A stretch of DNA of 64,000 bases from Alphaproteobacteria bacterium (lineage in GTDB: Bacteria > Pseudomonadota > Alphaproteobacteria > Bin95), in contig CAXXWS020000002.1 of NCBI GenBank assembly GCA_963665325.3, positions 1,088,001-1,152,000 on the forward strand, written 5' to 3'. This document shows positions 61,080-64,000 of the stretch, piece after piece. A program made the translations under genes and the position numbers. Numbering within the stretch: the stretch's first letter is position 1; each line of letters starts with the position of its first letter. Below the pieces are notes generated by a model. That model was not told where the DNA came from, did no database searches, and worked only from the letters and a program-made list of their open reading frames with translations.

Positions 61080-63149
61080 CCCAAGTTTAACGTTTTGGTG
61101 GCCGATTTTGTCGAGGTTGGCCGGCGCGGTGTCATCAAGCCATTGATATTGCTGGATTGAGGTTTCCGGGGGCGCAATGTAGTGCCATAATATTTTCACT
61201 TGGGGATTTCGAGACCTTGCGCCCGCTCCTATGCTGTGCGCCATGTTCATTCGCCGCACCAGGACCGGAACCGGCGAGCGCGGCGAGGTCTATTATTCCC
61301 ATCGCCTTGTTCGCTCGGAGCGCGACGGCGGGAAGATCCGCCAGCGCACCCTGCTCAACCTGGGGAGCGACTTCCCTGTCGAGCGGCGGCACTGGGCGGT
61401 GCTGTGCAGCCGGATCCAGCAGCAGCTCGACCGCCAGGCCGAGCTGGTTTCGCTGTCCTGTCCGGAGGAGGTCGAGCGGCACGCCCAGCGCATCGCCGCG
61501 CAATTGCTCAACAGCGCGCCGTCCGGCGGGACCGGGCGCCCTGACCTGCAGACGGTGGATGTCGGCTCCCTGGAGCTGATCCGCCCGCGTTCGGTCGGCG
61601 TCGAGCATGTCGGGCTGTGGGCCATGGAGCGGCTCGGCCTGGAGGCTTTGCTGGAGCGCCTGGGCTTCAACGGCACGCAGCGCGCGCTCGCCATGGCCAC
61701 CGTGATCGCGCGCATGGCGGCGCCGGGCTCGGAGCGCGCCTCCTGGCGCTGGCTGTGCGAGCGTTCGGCGCTCGGCGAGTTGCTGGGGGTGGACTTCGAG
61801 CGCATGAGCATGATGCGCCTGTACCGCGCCTCCGACGCCCTGATGGCGCAGCGCGCGGCGATCGAGGCGCATCTGTTCGATCGGGCGACGGATCTGTTCG
61901 GCCTGCGCCACACGGTGACGCTGTACGACCTGACCAACACCTTCTTCGAGGGCGCGGCGGCGGCCCAGGCCAAGGCCGAACGCGGCCATTCCAAGGAGAA
62001 GCGCTCGGATTGCCCGCTCTTGACCCTGGGGCTGGTGCTCGACGGCTCGGGCTTCGTGCGCCGCTCCGAGGTGTTCTCGGGCGCGGTCAACGAAGACAGG
62101 ACCCTGGCGTCGATGCTCGGCGCCCTGGGCGCGCCGGCGGACGCGCTGGTGGTGATGGATGCGGGGATCGCCACCGAGGCCAACATCGCCTGGCTGCGCG
62201 CGAACGGCTACCGCTATCTCGCGGTCAGCCGGGAACGCACCCGCCGCTTCGATCCCGAGCTGGCGCTGGCCATCGAGACCCGGTCGCGCCAGACGGTCCA
62301 TGTCCACAAGGCGGTCGACGCCGAAGCTGGAGAGGCGCGGCTCTACTGCTACTCCGAGGCGCGGGCGAAGAAGGAACAGGGCATCGCAAACCGCTTCGCC
62401 GCGCGCTTCGAGGGCGAGATGCAGAAGCTCCACGACGGCCTCAAGCGGCCGCGCACCCGCAAGCGGCTCGACCATGTCTGGCAGCGGATCGGCCGGATCA
62501 GGGAGAAGAGCCGCGGCGCCGCGGCCCACTACGACATCGACGTCATCGCCGACGAAAGCGGCGAGAAGGCCCGGGCCGTCACATGGGAGCGCCGCCCGCT
62601 CGCCGGCACCATGGCCACCCATCCCGGCGTTTACTGCCTGCGCACCAACGTCGAGGACTGGGACGAGGAGGCGCTGTGGCGGACCTATACCTCGCTCACC
62701 GATGTGGAGGCGGTGTTCCGATCGCTCAAGTCGGAACTCGGCCTGCGCCCCATCTTCCACCAGACCCAGAGGCGCTCCGACGGCCACCTGTTCATCACCG
62801 TGATCGCCTACCAGATGGTGCAGACCATCCGCCGGCGCCTCGCCGAGCACGGCGAACACGCCAGCTGGGCCAGCCTGCGAGCCATCCTCGAAGGCCAGCA
62901 GCGGGTCACCGCGACCTTCAGGCGCAAGGACGGACGCACCTTGCATGTCCGCAAGGCCACACGGGCCGAGCCCGAACAGCAAGAAATCTATCGCGCGCTC
63001 GGCATCGACCCCGCCCCTGGAGGCATCAGGAAAATGATCGTCTGATCCCGAACCGGGCGAAATAACCGAAATGTAGTGCCAGACGCGAAATTATTGCTCC
63101 GTAAGGCATTGATAATCAATGATCTTCAAAATGCTCTGTTAAACTTGGG
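61080..63149 (+). mobile_element. IS1634-like insertion sequence, 2070 bp
   Basis: 12-bp perfect terminal inverted repeats CCCAAGTTTAAC (61080-61091) and GTTAAACTTGGG (63138-63149), flanked by CTAG on both sides (61076-61079 and 63150-63153). Confidence 0.92.
61243..63045 (+). CDS. IS1634-family DDE transposase
   Basis: MFIRRT, LYDLTNTFFEG, GHSKEKRSD, VMDAGI, VEAVFRSLKS, RPIFHQ. Intact ORF. Confidence 0.93.
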   Translation: MFIRRTRTGTGERGEVYYSHRLVRSERDGGKIRQRTLLNLGSDFPVERRHWAVLCSRIQQQLDRQAELVSLSCPEEVERHAQRIAAQLLNSAPSGGTGRPDLQTVDVGSLELIRPRSVGVEHVGLWAMERLGLEALLERLGFNGTQRALAMATVIARMAAPGSERASWRWLCERSALGELLGVDFERMSMMRLYRASDALMAQRAAIEAHLFDRATDLFGLRHTVTLYDLTNTFFEGAAAAQAKAERGHSKEKRSDCPLLTLGLVLDGSGFVRRSEVFSGAVNEDRTLASMLGALGAPADALVVMDAGIATEANIAWLRANGYRYLAVSRERTRRFDPELALAIETRSRQTVHVHKAVDAEAGEARLYCYSEARAKKEQGIANRFAARFEGEMQKLHDGLKRPRTRKRLDHVWQRIGRIREKSRGAAAHYDIDVIADESGEKARAVTWERRPLAGTMATHPGVYCLRTNVEDWDEEALWRTYTSLTDVEAVFRSLKSELGLRPIFHQTQRRSDGHLFITVIAYQMVQTIRRRLAEHGEHASWASLRAILEGQQRVTATFRRKDGRTLHVRKATRAEPEQQEIYRALGIDPAPGGIRKMIV

Positions 63150-64000
63150 CTAGGGAATGAGTTGCTTGTCCAGCATGGCGTGAACGCCCTGTTGCTGATT
63201 GACGAGTTGCGTGATCCGCAGGTCGCAGGCCAGGCTGCACAGCATGTAAGCGTCTTCGCGCGACAGGTTCGAGCGCTGGCAGATGAAGTCGATCATGCGC
63301 CTGAGCGCGATGCGGGCCGCCCGGTCGAGCGAGGCATCGAACGCGAACTGGATCCACCGGTCCGCCGTTTCCGCCATCGGCGCCTCCAGCGTCATATCCT
63401 TGCGCACGGTAAGGCGGAACCGCCCGGTCAGCGCCGTTTCGACCGCCGTCAGGCACACTTCCCCGTCGCCCTGGACCGCATGGCCGTCGCCGCAGGAGAA
63501 CAGCGCACCGTCGGCGAATACGGGGAGGTAGAGCACGGAGCCGGCTGTCAGCTCCTTGCAGTCGATATTGCCGCCGAAAGCGCGCGGCTGGATCGTGCTC
63601 ACCAAACCCCAATGCGCCGGCGGGGCCGTGCCCATGACACCGAAGAACGGCCGGCAGGCGAGGGTACCGCCCCAGGGCATTCGAGCTTCGCCGGCGTCCC
63701 GGTCCAGCGGGATCGTGACCATCCGCCCTTCCGGGAAGTCCTCGGGCAGCGCGCCGCCCAAGGGCCGGAGTGCGTTCCAGCCCCAGTCGGTGCCGAGCCG
63801 CGCCTCCAGAATGTCGACCTGGAGCACATCGCCCGGAACGGCGCCCGCGACGGCGACCGGCCCGGTCAGGATATGGCCGGAGCCAAGCGGGCGCGGCGTC
63901 TCGGCGTGGATGCGGCGCAATCCCTCCGGTACCTCGAAGCCGGGCCCCGGAAGGGCGTCCGGCGCTCCGGAGACCGTCTCGATCTCGACTTCCGCGCCGC
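63150..64000 (-). CDS. Acetamidase/formamidase family protein (5' end beyond the window)
   Basis: HILTGPV, PFFGVMG, GGNID, GDGHAVQGDGEVC.TAVE, ITQLVN. Confidence 0.92.
   Translation of the reverse strand, partial: GAEVEIETVSGAPDALPGPGFEVPEGLRRIHAETPRPLGSGHILTGPVAVAGAVPGDVLQVDILEARLGTDWGWNALRPLGGALPEDFPEGRMVTIPLDRDAGEARMPWGGTLACRPFFGVMGTAPPAHWGLVSTIQPRAFGGNIDCKELTAGSVLYLPVFADGALFSCGDGHAVQGDGEVCLTAVETALTGRFRLTVRKDMTLEAPMAETADRWIQFAFDASLDRAARIALRRMIDFICQRSNLSREDAYMLCSLACDLRITQLVNQQQGVHAMLDKQLIP

Noticed and set aside
61080-61125. Outward-facing promoter at the IS left end (TCGACA...TAAACT on the minus strand)
   Set aside because: The 19-bp spacer is too long to call with confidence.

Overview
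High-GC alphaproteobacterial chromosome segment (Rhodospirillales-like by gene order, an inference), densely coding. 1-23 kb is a conserved minus-strand housekeeping run: nfuA-tsaB-rimI ... mucR-olsB-olsA-miaB-phoH-ybeY-corC-lnt-metK-trmB-rimP-nusA-ylxR-infB-rbfA-truB-rpsO-pnp-flavin oxidoreductase. It is interrupted by a BBOX-like dioxygenase/class II aldolase pair, and an aprM-aprB-aprA-sat sulfite-oxidation cassette lies between usp and nfuA; its Sat has an unusual ~33-aa insertion in the Zn site. Further along are tauE/TIGR02186, a coupled speD-speE-TauD-dioxygenase operon, a NavAb-type voltage-gated Na+ channel, a MetE-like protein, a frameshifted alpha/beta hydrolase, an acyl-CoA dehydrogenase pair, mutY/mmcB (LexA box), dciA-dsbA, a cbiX-type cobalamin cluster, a PHB locus with PhaR boxes and an inserted NYN nuclease, and an intact IS1634-like element inserted at a CTAG. 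The best candidate for something undescribed is the ~590-bp region at 40.66-41.25 kb. It has a sigma70-like promoter, palindromes/hairpins, a Shine-Dalgarno-led 28-aa ORF, four 10-bp-phased TGTCAY repeats, and small ORFs coupled by ATGA overlaps into the downstream operon. No tRNA, rRNA or CRISPR array was seen. Calls rest on motif recognition and synteny; no database search was run. Several start codons were re-assigned by eye.
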